From positions 1 through 47,674 of the IMG/VR virus record IMGVR_UViG_3300016657_000077: a stretch of 47,674 bases of DNA. One strand, 5' to 3'. The DNA comes from a virus (Duplodnaviria; Caudoviricetes). Position 1 is the stretch's first letter, and each line of letters opens with the position of its first letter. Under the pieces are notes generated by a model, which had not been told where the DNA came from, did not search any database, and worked only from the letters and a program-made list of their open reading frames with translations. This document shows, one piece after another, positions 38,698 to 47,674 of the stretch. The position numbers and the translations under genes were made by a program.

Positions 38698-39969
38698 TTA
38701 CAGGTCGTCAAGCTGGGCGCTCTTGACATACAGGTTATTGAAAGCGAGTGCTTCGAGTTCACGTTGCAGTTCGAGTTGCGAGCGACGCTTGGCCGATTCA
38801 GACCAAATAAATACTTTCTCCAGTAGCAACGATGCCACTTGGCGGCGATCATTCATTTTTTCCATTACCTCGTCGATCACGTTAATGTCTTCGAGCAGTT
38901 GCTTCTTCTCGTGTTCGCTAATACTTTTTAGCTTAACACGTTGCACGAGCTGATTGCGAGTACGGCGGAAGCGATCAATTGGCTTATCATAAACACTAGT
39001 GGCGCCATCGTGATCATACGAGATCATTGTTGCGGCCGCCAGCCAACCAAATCCTGGGAACAGCAGCCATAGGAACTTTGCGATCTCGACGCGAAGGTAT
39101 GCTACTAGTGTGCGATTAGCAATGTCACCGACAAAGCGGTTCATTTTATCCAACCCAGTAACCAGATGCCGACCGGCGCCATGACGGGTGGCAAACTCAT
39201 CAGACAAGTATTCATAGCTGACGTTATCGTAATTGCCGCTATTAAGTTCAGAACGAATCGAACGACCAACCGCTGTCATCGTTACTGCTTCCACAACACT
39301 GAAATCAGTGGCCGTAGAGAGTTCTTTAGTATCCAGTTCAGAAACGTCTAACTGCAATGCAGTACGAGCCGCCACTAGAATAATTTCACGCTCTTTAGGG
39401 GTATTTCCTACCCACTCTTTATTAAGGCAACTCATGACCACGTTGGTGGTGACCATGCGCGATAGATATTCAAGGAAAACAAAAGCATGACCTACTTCGT
39501 GCAGTATGCATGCTGAAATTTCTTCTGCTGTTAGCTTGATGGCGGCCGTCGGGGCATACATCATGTACGGCAGATATATGTCGAATTTGATTTCAGAAAA
39601 GAAACCGCTTACGTTACTATTCTTAAGGCTAACTTTACCTTTAAGAATGCCACCATTTTGATTGATAGCGTTGATGCCCACCGACCCGGACATATATTCA
39701 CGAAGCGCAGCATCACGCAAAGCGTGGTTCTTATACAAATCTGGGATGTTGACACATGGGCCATGTTCACCACAATTGACATCAATAGTCAGGTTGGTAT
39801 GACTTTTGATGATCTTGGTCAACTGGGTTGCTTTTTCAGAAAGAAGATCCTTAAAGTTGCTGTTCTTGCCGAGTTCCAGCATCTCCTGGGTACAAAGGGT
39901 CAGCTCCTTGAAGAACAGACCGTTCTGAAAGTCGATCGATTCTAGACCGAGTATATTACACTTCCGCAT
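38698..39969 (-). CDS. Head protein with HExxH zincin-like motif (phiKZ gp84-like)
   Basis: GLESIDFQ N-terminus, ILHEVGH, ExxxDxFAxRHG, YDxPxxR, LExLxxN motifs. Confidence 0.75.
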   Translation of the reverse strand: MRKCNILGLESIDFQNGLFFKELTLCTQEMLELGKNSNFKDLLSEKATQLTKIIKSHTNLTIDVNCGEHGPCVNIPDLYKNHALRDAALREYMSGSVGINAINQNGGILKGKVSLKNSNVSGFFSEIKFDIYLPYMMYAPTAAIKLTAEEISACILHEVGHAFVFLEYLSRMVTTNVVMSCLNKEWVGNTPKEREIILVAARTALQLDVSELDTKELSTATDFSVVEAVTMTAVGRSIRSELNSGNYDNVSYEYLSDEFATRHGAGRHLVTGLDKMNRFVGDIANRTLVAYLRVEIAKFLWLLFPGFGWLAAATMISYDHDGATSVYDKPIDRFRRTRNQLVQRVKLKSISEHEKKQLLEDINVIDEVMEKMNDRRQVASLLLEKVFIWSESAKRRSQLELQRELEALAFNNLYVKSAQLDDL

Positions 39970-40047
39970 AACGGGATCCTTTCACACAAATATGTTTTTT
40001 ACTGTTCACGGTAATCAATTAGACCAGTCATAGTGTTAGGAAAAACC

Positions 40048-41553
40048 ATGGGTATCAAAGAGTACAATGGCAAGCCGATTAAGGGCATTGAATGCAAGCA
40101 TGCGGTACATGTAACTCACCCGGAAGAGAGTGAGGACATCCATTTTGTCAAGGAAGTAATTCACTACGAAGACGGTACCCTAGAACCCAACACACGAATC
40201 ATCAAGAACTTTAAGCGGCCATTCTGGATCACGAAGAAAGGTTTTCGTGACCATGAACAAAAGAAAGAGTTTGAACTGCTGGAACGTGTAGAACGTTTCC
40301 AGTCCACGCAGTCAGAACTAGTGCGTGCTGTATCATTAGCGTTACATGGCCGACCACCAGCCCGTCGTGCCTCGTTACGCGATCTTGCAGACTCACCGTT
40401 TCTGTACGGCACTGACATGCTGTCAACTACTTATCTCAAAGATACGTATCGCCGTAAGTTCGGTGAATTGATTACAGCTTACAATGTCTGCGTAGTTGAT
40501 ACTGAAACTGACATGTTGTTCGGCACTAACGAGATCATCATGACTACGATCTCGTATAAGAACCGCGTCTACACCAGCATTGTTCGCTCATTCTTCGATG
40601 GCGTAGCCGATGTAATGCCACGTCTTCATGCTGCTTTCCAGAAATACCTTAGTAATGTTGAAATGGAACTGGACAAGAAGAAAGGTCTGGAGCCTGTCAA
40701 TATTATCAAGATGCGTGACATTCAATGGGAAGTTGAAATTGTTGACAACGCATTGGAATCGGTAAAGCAAGTATTCAAGCGTGCCCATGAATGGAAGCCT
40801 GATTTGATGGCTTTCTGGAACATGGACTTCGACGTTACCAAGATCGAAGAAACTTGTAAGAAATACCAGTATCCAATCGAGCATCTTTACAGCGATCCTT
40901 CTGTACCTGGACCGTACAAGTACTACAAGTACAAACGTGGTCCCGATAAAAAGATCACTGAAAGTGGTGTGGTTAAGAACATCGAACCTTCTGAGAACTG
41001 GCACGTCGTTACTGCACCGGCTAGCTTCTACCTAGTCGATGCCATGTGTGTTTATCGTCGTCTACGTATTGCCGATGGTAAAGATCCGTCGTATGCCTTG
41101 GATGCGGTATTGAATAAGAACTTGGGTGCACGTAAACTTAAGTTTGAAGAAACCAACCATCTGTCGGGGGCACGTTGGCACATGGAGATGCAACGTAACT
41201 ACAAGTTTGAATATGTGATCTACAACATCTTTGACTGCGTATCGGTTGAGATGCTGGACGAGAAAACCAAAGACTTGCAGTTTGCTTTTGCATCGCAGTG
41301 TGGTGCGAGTGACTTTAGTCTGTTCCCATCGCAACCAAAACGGTTGTGTGACAACATTAGTTTCTTTATTGAACAAGAGAAACTGATATGGGGGACGACT
41401 GGTTCTAACATGTACAGTGAGCTGGACGAACTGACTACCAGTAACAAAGGGTGGATTGTTACCCTGCCTGCACATCTGGTGGCAGACAACGGTTTGCAGT
41501 GCATTGAAGAGTATCCGGATCTACGTACTAACATCCGTACCCACTTTGGGGAT
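40048..41553 (+). CDS. Split family-B DNA polymerase, exonuclease subunit (phiKZ gp82-like), exon 1
   Basis: ExoI DTETD, ExoII WNMDFD, ExoIII YNIFD; ATG 40048 with AGGA SD; ends at ...THFGD just before an intronic TAA. Confidence 0.85.
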
Positions 41554-41581
41554 TAACAGAGAATAACGCAGTAGTGTCGTT

Positions 41582-41624
41582 TGGTATCAATTGTATGATT
41601 ATATGAGTTCAACAATTGGTACTA
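41582..41624 (+). promoter_or_regulatory. Hairpin over HNH translation start region with TATG motifs in the loop
   Basis: TGGTATCAATTG pairs with CAATTGGTACTA (two G-U); loop has TATG at 41594 and 41602. Confidence 0.55.
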
Positions 41625-41627
41625 GTA

Positions 41628-42992
41628 ATGGAAAAGAAATATTTGCCTTGTTCTGCGCGTCGTTACCACATCACTAAACATGGTGTAGTTTATTACGGAC
41701 AGAACGAAGTAGAAGTATCTATGCTTAATGGTGAATTGTACGTGCAGTTGGATTGGGTATCGGGGCGCGCTCTTTATAATGTCGCGACGTTAATGTTAGT
41801 CACTTATTTGACAACCGAACTACCAGACCACCTGTACGAGAAGATTAGACCACTCTACAAAGACGGCGACAAGGGTAATCTGAAAATAGAAAACCTTTGT
41901 TATGATTTTGGTGATAAGCCGCTTGAAGTAGAAGACTATCCTGGGTTTTTCTATATTCCTGGTTATAGTCTTTATGCTATTTCGTCTGTTGGTGATTTGA
42001 TTAACTGGAAGACTGGGAAATATAAAACCTGGAGTATAGTACATCCAAAAAAGGATAAATACGCTACCGGGACTTACAGTTATAATCGTGTCATCAGAGA
42101 CGACGGTGTTAGTTGTACTCTTTTTAAACATCGGGCATTGTGTCTAGCACATAAACCTTTAGGCGTATGCGTTGACGACTATGTTGTTGACCATGTCGAT
42201 ACTAATACGAAGAACAACAAGTTGGATAACCTTGAATGGGTTACTTATCAGGAAAATTTGTTACGTGCATATAGGACAGGTTTGCGCCCAAGAAGTAGTA
42301 AACCGATCGATATGTTAAATTTGGAAACTGGTGAAGTTAGTCAGTTTGAAACAGTCCAGTCTGCTGTTGATTATATCAGCGAGAAAAAGCTGATGACCCA
42401 AACATGCACGGTAACACTAATCCATTACCGCATCGCAAAATGCAAAGGTAAGGTATTTCCCGATAAGCTGGTATTTAAGTGCCGTGATGAGGAATGGCCA
42501 CCGGAAATCATTCAGGGCACGTATAAAGAATGTCGCGCCGGTAGGGGCGAGTCTATTGTTGCCAGGAACGTTTATACTGGGGTATTAAGTATATTCGATA
42601 ACTGTCGAGTAGCTAGTGATTTTACCCAGGTGAAGTCAGCAACAATATTGTCACATGTAAACAAGCAAACTGACATTCCAGTTAACGGGTATAACTTCCG
42701 TTATTTGTCTGAATCAAAAGAATGGCCTCACCATTCTGAAAAAAATCTTATCATCTACAAAGCATTTCCTGTATATCCGCCGAATGGTGTGATAGCTACC
42801 AATTTGGAAACAGGTGATGAGATCTTTTTTGAGAGCGCAGCTAGATGTTTCAATGCGTTCAATTTGTCAAAGTCTGGTTTACATGGTGTTCTTGATACGG
42901 CCAAATCCATCAAAGGGCATACTTTCCGAACATACGACATTCGCGAAAATCTAGGTCCCGGTCTAATTAAGTTAGACCAAGCTCCTTCCTAA
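41628..42992 (+). CDS. Intron-encoded HNH homing endonuclease
   Basis: HR...VDHVDTNTKNNKLDNLEWVTYQEN motif, NUMOD4-like IPGYSxYAISxxG, three C-terminal NxxTGExxxF repeats. Confidence 0.9.
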   Translation: MEKKYLPCSARRYHITKHGVVYYGQNEVEVSMLNGELYVQLDWVSGRALYNVATLMLVTYLTTELPDHLYEKIRPLYKDGDKGNLKIENLCYDFGDKPLEVEDYPGFFYIPGYSLYAISSVGDLINWKTGKYKTWSIVHPKKDKYATGTYSYNRVIRDDGVSCTLFKHRALCLAHKPLGVCVDDYVVDHVDTNTKNNKLDNLEWVTYQENLLRAYRTGLRPRSSKPIDMLNLETGEVSQFETVQSAVDYISEKKLMTQTCTVTLIHYRIAKCKGKVFPDKLVFKCRDEEWPPEIIQGTYKECRAGRGESIVARNVYTGVLSIFDNCRVASDFTQVKSATILSHVNKQTDIPVNGYNFRYLSESKEWPHHSEKNLIIYKAFPVYPPNGVIATNLETGDEIFFESAARCFNAFNLSKSGLHGVLDTAKSIKGHTFRTYDIRENLGPGLIKLDQAPS

Positions 42993-43328
42993 TTGACGGG
43001 AACGACCCTTAGAGCCTTGTACACCAAGTCAGGTCAGTAATGATTCTGATGGCCAGTCTAATCAGCTGGGTAAGGTAACAGAGACAAGGATTGGGCAATC
43101 CGCACCGAAGCTTCCTCGACAGGTCGAGGAAGTGTGGCCAACGAATATCGAAACCGCCCCATAAGAGGATAAGGGAGTAGAGTAGGGATCAAGTGATCTC
43201 GAAACGGAAGGGTCGAGCGAGCGAAAAGGTGCTCGCGTAGACAAGATGTATTCTGCCCCTATAGGAAACTATAGGCGGGTGCCATTGTATCGCACCGGCT
43301 AGGCCTAACGAACCTAGTGGACAAAGGG

Positions 43329-43574
43329 CTCGATGTAAGTGCAAGTTACCCTAATAACGGGGCGGTATTCAATATCTCCAAAGCCACTACTATGAAAGAA
43401 CTGTGTGTGATTCGGGACATTCCTGAAGAACTACGTCGCACACAAGGTCTTAACCTAAGTGGTGGTCGAGTAAATGCGGTTGAGTTCTGCACCACGTTGC
43501 TTAATCTACCTATGCTCCCTGAGCTACTGGATGAGTATCTGGCTGAAAATCAACAGGAAGATATCTCGCAATAG
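43329..43574 (+). CDS. DNA polymerase subunit, exon 2
   Basis: LDVSASYP completes PolB motif A; spliced product 583 aa. Confidence 0.85.
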   Translation, partial: LDVSASYPNNGAVFNISKATTMKELCVIRDIPEELRRTQGLNLSGGRVNAVEFCTTLLNLPMLPELLDEYLAENQQEDISQ

Positions 43575-43594
43575 CAAAAAAAAAGAAGTGGTAG

Positions 43595-43634
43595 AGGGCT
43601 AGAGTACCCCGTAGGGTACTCTAGCTTTATGCCG
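43595..43634. terminator. Bidirectional terminator between convergent genes
   Basis: GCTAGAGTACCC/GGGTACTCTAGC stem, followed by TTTATGCCG; A9 run upstream. Confidence 0.85.
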
Positions 43635-43874
43635 TTAGTTTATGTCTTTAATGGGGCCAGGCCATCGTGTGTCATGGCCGAGGGAGAAGATCTTGTCAAA
43701 CTCTTTACTAGCTGCTTGGTCTTTCTTCGAGATCTTTTTGTAGTTGGTGGAGTATTCGTCTTCAAAGATGTACGACAGGATGATGCAGATTACACAGAAC
43801 ACTACAAACGCGATCAGAACATTCCACATTACGCTAGCCAGAAAAGCCAGCAGAGCACCGATAGTTGCAATCAT
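43635..43874 (-). CDS. Small membrane protein (79 aa), probable early gene
   Basis: Hydrophobic N-terminal ~35 aa, AGGAG SD, own early promoter. Confidence 0.75.
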   Translation of the reverse strand: MIATIGALLAFLASVMWNVLIAFVVFCVICIILSYIFEDEYSTNYKKISKKDQAASKEFDKIFSLGHDTRWPGPIKDIN

Positions 43875-43955
43875 GATTAGCTCCTAAGTTAAATGTATTT
43901 GAAAAATTAGGTTAACGGTTAATCGGAAAGGGTTTATCTTCTACTATTCAGTAGA

Positions 43956-43983
43956 GTAATATGGGTCTGAAAAAATCTAGAAA
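43956..43983 (-). promoter_or_regulatory. phiKZ-type early promoter
   Basis: Minus strand TTTCTAGATTTTTTCAGACCCATATTAC, collinear with 1430-1457. Confidence 0.7.
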
Positions 43984-44022
43984 CGTCATAACAGGCGAGC
44001 CACGTGGCTCGCCCATATGGCG
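43984..44022 (-). terminator. Hairpin terminator after endolysin
   Basis: GGCGAGCCA/TGGCTCGCC stem flanked by CGTCATA and TATGGCG. Confidence 0.7.
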
Positions 44023-44026
44023 CTAA

Positions 44027-44965
44027 TTAAGCACTCAACATCTGACGCAGTTTCTTATACAGTGCGTAACGCTCACTGTAACCAATAGCATCGCCTACCT
44101 TCGGAGTAGCCCGGCCGATGTTGATTAGGTCACACACACCATCGAAGTTACCTACATCAGCATGCTTGATACAACCGGCTTGTTGGAAGTACCATGCAGC
44201 CGATTCAAAGCAAGCATCCGTAGGTTGTTCCAACAGTTCTGGATTGGCTACCAGATCTACACCAATGGCTTCGCCGCACTTGCGGTACATGGCTTTGCCA
44301 GTGATACCGATTGGACCACGACCACGATACAGCCAACCATCACCCGATGCAACGTCACCATTACCCATGCGATTAGCATAGACGTTGTTGGCGATAGCTT
44401 CAGGGTTACTGGCGATACTGCAAGCCAGTTCATTAGGTGCACCATTGACACCGAACCGTTTAGGCCAAACCGCAGCCAAGCGCTTAGCACTGTAGTTCAG
44501 GTTCTCAGACAGCTTTTCAAAGGCGCCCGATTCATGCACGATGTTGGCTACAAAGGCAGCCATGCGATTCACGGTGATCAGATTGTATTTCACAATCGCT
44601 TTGTTTAGCGGATCGAGTACTTCTTCCGACTTAGCCGCCGAGACACCGAGAGACTGCAGATGCTCAACGCCAATGAAGTAATCACCTTCGTTGGCCGGCT
44701 CTACTTCAGGAGTCCCTACCAAATCAGCCAATACTGCATAGGTCTTGATACCTACCTTACCATCAACCGTCAAGCCATTGGCTTTTTGGAAAGCGCGAAC
44801 AGCAGCATCAGTCTTCGGACCGAAGATGCCGTTAGGCGTGAAGTCGACACTCATCACTTGCGATAGCATTTGCTGCAGGTTAAGGACGTTACTACCACGG
44901 TCCCCTTTCTTCAGCATTTTCCATTCGACTTGATCTTGGACCATTTCAGTCATTTTTTTACTCAC
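44027..44965 (-). CDS. Modular endolysin: peptidoglycan-binding domain + GH19 lysozyme/chitinase-like domain
   Basis: GIFGPKTDAAVRAFQxxNGLTVDGxVG (PG_binding_1); HESG..ENLNYS, YxNRMGN, DGWLYRGRGPIxITG, SAAWY (GH19); alternative start ATG 44953. Confidence 0.9.
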   Translation of the reverse strand: MSKKMTEMVQDQVEWKMLKKGDRGSNVLNLQQMLSQVMSVDFTPNGIFGPKTDAAVRAFQKANGLTVDGKVGIKTYAVLADLVGTPEVEPANEGDYFIGVEHLQSLGVSAAKSEEVLDPLNKAIVKYNLITVNRMAAFVANIVHESGAFEKLSENLNYSAKRLAAVWPKRFGVNGAPNELACSIASNPEAIANNVYANRMGNGDVASGDGWLYRGRGPIGITGKAMYRKCGEAIGVDLVANPELLEQPTDACFESAAWYFQQAGCIKHADVGNFDGVCDLINIGRATPKVGDAIGYSERYALYKKLRQMLSA

Positions 44966-44973
44966 TTTCTTGT

Positions 44974-45011
44974 CGACATAAAAGAGGGAGTTCCCTCCCC
45001 CTTCTATGCTG
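44974..45011 (-). terminator. Weak hairpin terminator
   Basis: AAGAGGGAG/CTCCCCCTT imperfect stem flanked by CGACATA and TATGCTG. Confidence 0.55.
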
Positions 45012-45017
45012 CAACGT

Positions 45018-45902
45018 TTAGCCTACGTGGAAATAGGCCAGAACACGGTTACGGCCGGCATCGGTAATTTCGTTGGTCAGCGTTGCACCCCAGTTGCACT
45101 GGGAAGCAGCTTGACGACGGGACTGGCCCGGAGCCATCAGTTGGAACATGTTGATCAGGCGTTGGAAAGCAGCGATACGCGGGCTCGACAGTTCGATATG
45201 TTCCATAAAGCGGAACACATAGCGAGTAGCGAATGCACCTTCGCGATGCTTTTCAAAGGCGTCCAGCAGAATGCCCATACCTTTGGCGAAGTCATCATCG
45301 GTCAGGCGATTGATGACAGTCATCATGGTGTTGTACAGACGGATCTGGTGGGACGAACCTACCTTCTCGGAAACCGGTTTACCCGGAGCCATGGCCACGA
45401 TGTATTCATCGATGGCATGGCGGATACCAGCAACGGCCAGGCTTTCAGTGCTGGAAGCTGCATTGGTAGCGGCGGCGGCTACAGCAACCGGCTTGGTCTG
45501 AGCAACCGGAGCAGTTTGTGCAACGGGTTGCTGTTGGGCTACTTGACCTGATTGACCAGCATCAGCCGGTACGGCCAGGGTCACAGCAGCCGGCACTGCC
45601 GGAGCAGCCGGTGCTACAGGAGCGGCTTCTACTACTGGAGCAACTGCAGCTGCCGGTTGGGTAGCGGTTTCATGCACTGGTTCGGCCGGAGCAGTTTCGT
45701 CAGCTGCCTTAACATCGCCAGCAGCGTCAACCACTTCATCAGTACCTTCACCAGCGTCTTCAGCGCCGTCTTGGGTCAGAGCAGTATCGCCCAGTTGTTC
45801 GTCTTGCGATTCTTGGTTCTGGTTTTCTTCCATGATTACCTCCGAAGATTGAGTTGTGGCACCTGCAACAGGCTGCCGATTGATACGGTTTTTACGTGAC
45901 AT
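45018..45902 (-). CDS. Conserved jumbo-phage protein with low-complexity N-terminus
   Basis: Acidic and Ala/Pro-rich N-half, globular C-half (YxxxMAPGxPV...Q..LY); strong codon bias. Confidence 0.75.
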   Translation of the reverse strand: MSRKNRINRQPVAGATTQSSEVIMEENQNQESQDEQLGDTALTQDGAEDAGEGTDEVVDAAGDVKAADETAPAEPVHETATQPAAAVAPVVEAAPVAPAAPAVPAAVTLAVPADAGQSGQVAQQQPVAQTAPVAQTKPVAVAAAATNAASSTESLAVAGIRHAIDEYIVAMAPGKPVSEKVGSSHQIRLYNTMMTVINRLTDDDFAKGMGILLDAFEKHREGAFATRYVFRFMEHIELSSPRIAAFQRLINMFQLMAPGQSRRQAASQCNWGATLTNEITDAGRNRVLAYFHVG

Positions 45903-45942
45903 GACAGATAACCCTTATCCACACACCATTAACAGTGTTAAG

Positions 45943-47283
45943 TTAAAAAATTGCCTCATCGATATTCATCTTGGCCAGACTCAGACCTTTAGCGTGAGCT
46001 GCCTTCATATAAAGAAGCATGAAAGTCGAGCCCTGACCAGACACGGCAGACGAAATAGCAGTAGGGTTTAGCGATAGACGCGGACCCACACAAGCGCGAC
46101 AATAGTCGGTCTTATCCAACTGACAGAACATCGGGCTACGGGCCATGACTTTCTTACCCAATAGCTCAGCTTTATTCTCATCAGTAACCACGACATTGCG
46201 GCCATCTACAATTACAGTAAAGTTACGGTATTTCTTAATATTAGCTTCGGTCAGTTCAACTGGCATACCTAGTTTGGTACCGCAGTCATCTTGCGTTACT
46301 GCAATGTTAGACGAAGCACGCAGCAGCCATTTAACCGACTCACCACCCAGCATGGTCTGTGCACCACGATTGAACGAGCCGGCACGTAGTGCATTGTTCA
46401 TGGCTGGGAAACGATTCACGTCCCAACCTTCTTCTAGCGAGTTGGTAATTGTGTCAACTTCTACCTTCTCTTCCAGACCCGGTTCTGCACCATACATCAA
46501 GAACTTCTTGGTGCGTACAATGTTGCGGGACTTAGCCGTAATCAAGAAGCCTTCACCCAAATCCCCTTTCAGGTATTCAGCATCGTTCTTCTGGAGTTCT
46601 GCTTGAATAGTAGCCACGACCGCTGGATCAGTCAGTCGGTCTTTATACTTCTCAAGTAGTTTGGCTTTTAGTTCGGCGTTATTCGGCGGTGCCGTCATGG
46701 TCTTGAAGGTAGCACCAGGCACGAATAGCTGGGAGAAGGTCCGCAGGTAAAACGCTGCGTTACAGAAATCCAAGTATTCGTCAACGTAGATAACACCCGG
46801 TTGACGATCAGCTGGATCTTTAGGAGTATCTTCCAACTTGTCAAGTACCAGTTCCTCAGCATTGCCCGGACTAAACTTCTTATTCAGATACGGGATCTTG
46901 TCACCTACTGTGGTAGCAAACAAGACAGCGTTCAGAAAAGCACGCCCTACTGTGGTTTCTACTGGTTCTTTAACGCTAGGTAGATCACCAGGCTGCAGAG
47001 TGATCTTTTCTTTAGCATTCAGTAAAGGTTCACCCAATACGGCGTCGCTAATAGGAAGAATGGTTTCTTGATCTTCCGGACTAATGTACCCATAGCCCAA
47101 GGTGGTGTAAACCAACTTGTAGCTATTATCTTCCATTACTTCTAGATGTTTAGGCACGTTCTTATACCGTGCACGTGAGGCTTGATCAGGATCCGTAACG
47201 ATACTGAACAACGGGAATACCCAGGCCGCCTTTTTGTACAATGCCTTGTTCAAGAAAAGGCGAAAATACTCATGTCGGGTCAT
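45943..47283 (-). CDS. Virion RNA polymerase beta'-like middle subunit (phiKZ gp80-like)
   Basis: TTVGR, SLxEG, RxGSxxRGxxTxxGG, DCGT, RSPxxC and CxxCxG motifs of the beta' bridge-helix/Zn region; start ATG 47283 with GGAG SD. Confidence 0.85.
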   Translation of the reverse strand: MTRHEYFRLFLNKALYKKAAWVFPLFSIVTDPDQASRARYKNVPKHLEVMEDNSYKLVYTTLGYGYISPEDQETILPISDAVLGEPLLNAKEKITLQPGDLPSVKEPVETTVGRAFLNAVLFATTVGDKIPYLNKKFSPGNAEELVLDKLEDTPKDPADRQPGVIYVDEYLDFCNAAFYLRTFSQLFVPGATFKTMTAPPNNAELKAKLLEKYKDRLTDPAVVATIQAELQKNDAEYLKGDLGEGFLITAKSRNIVRTKKFLMYGAEPGLEEKVEVDTITNSLEEGWDVNRFPAMNNALRAGSFNRGAQTMLGGESVKWLLRASSNIAVTQDDCGTKLGMPVELTEANIKKYRNFTVIVDGRNVVVTDENKAELLGKKVMARSPMFCQLDKTDYCRACVGPRLSLNPTAISSAVSGQGSTFMLLYMKAAHAKGLSLAKMNIDEAIF

Positions 47284-47674
47284 AGCTTGCAAACTCCATC
47301 ATTAGCTTGTTCATGGCCACCGTGATCTTAGTGATAATTTCGGTATCGGTAATCACTTGGTCAAGATGGTCTTTCCACGACAAGACTACGTTATCTGCTG
47401 CATCATCGCTAGCTAGCGCAGCAGCGATCATGTTCTTAGCGGCTTCTTCTGGCGAGAGGTCATTAAGCATTGGGCTCAATAGACCTACATATTGTTCCAG
47501 GTCATAACCTAGGTCCACACCTGACTGAATCAGTTTATACATGTGGATGTTTTCTTTTTTGAGGAAGTCCCAGAACTTCCGCACTCGACGAACAATTGTA
47601 TCTAGGTCACGAGCACTGCGTTCTTCGGTTTCCTCTAGATCTTCTCGCAGATAATCCAAGTTGGCTTCAGTTAG
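47270..47674 (-). CDS. Conserved virion-associated protein, 5'-truncated by window edge
   Basis: Frame open to the window end; overlaps RNAP subunit start. Confidence 0.7.
   Translation of the reverse strand, partial: LTEANLDYLREDLEETEERSARDLDTIVRRVRKFWDFLKKENIHMYKLIQSGVDLGYDLEQYVGLLSPMLNDLSPEEAAKNMIAAALASDDAADNVVLSWKDHLDQVITDTEIITKITVAMNKLMMEFASYDPT

Larger units (their letters stand above)
41554..43328 (+). mobile_element. Group I intron (1775 nt) with HNH endonuclease ORF
   Basis: 5' exon ends in U, intron ends in G, joining gives GD-LDVSASYP; P2 hairpin 42960-42978, P3 CCTTCC/GGAAGG, P AATTGACGGGAA, Q AATCCGCA, P7 GAATA/TATTC, P9 GAAA hairpin 43258-43275. Confidence 0.92.

Noticed and set aside
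41554-41556. Stop-codon recoding or polymerase pseudogene
   Set aside because: The TAA is the first intron codon; TAA, TAG and TGA all terminate other genes normally

Overview
Segment of a phiKZ-like (Chimalliviridae-type) jumbo phage genome, almost all on the minus strand. Right part (19.4-47.7 kb): conserved virion/replication block with a virion RNA polymerase beta'-like subunit, a PG-binding+GH19 endolysin, the exonuclease/motif-A half of the split family-B DNA polymerase interrupted by a group I intron carrying an HNH endonuclease, head/inner-body proteins with prohead-protease sites, a free-standing GIY-YIG endonuclease, and two normally separate tail/baseplate genes fused in frame. Left part (1.5-19.4 kb): accessory host-recognition island with three tail fibres sharing one C-terminal domain, each followed (after a terminator hairpin) by a different putative tip adhesin (one gp38-like Gly-rich, three Asp-box beta-propellers) that share an N-terminal (I/F)PG motif, plus a collapsed fibre pseudogene, a coiled-coil arm and adaptor proteins. 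Two copies of an early-promoter motif and 14 intergenic hairpins, 13 flanked by an outward-facing TATG-N-CG-like motif, are present. phiKZ gene numbers are quoted from remembered synteny and motifs, not from a database search. No tRNA, rRNA or CRISPR array was seen.
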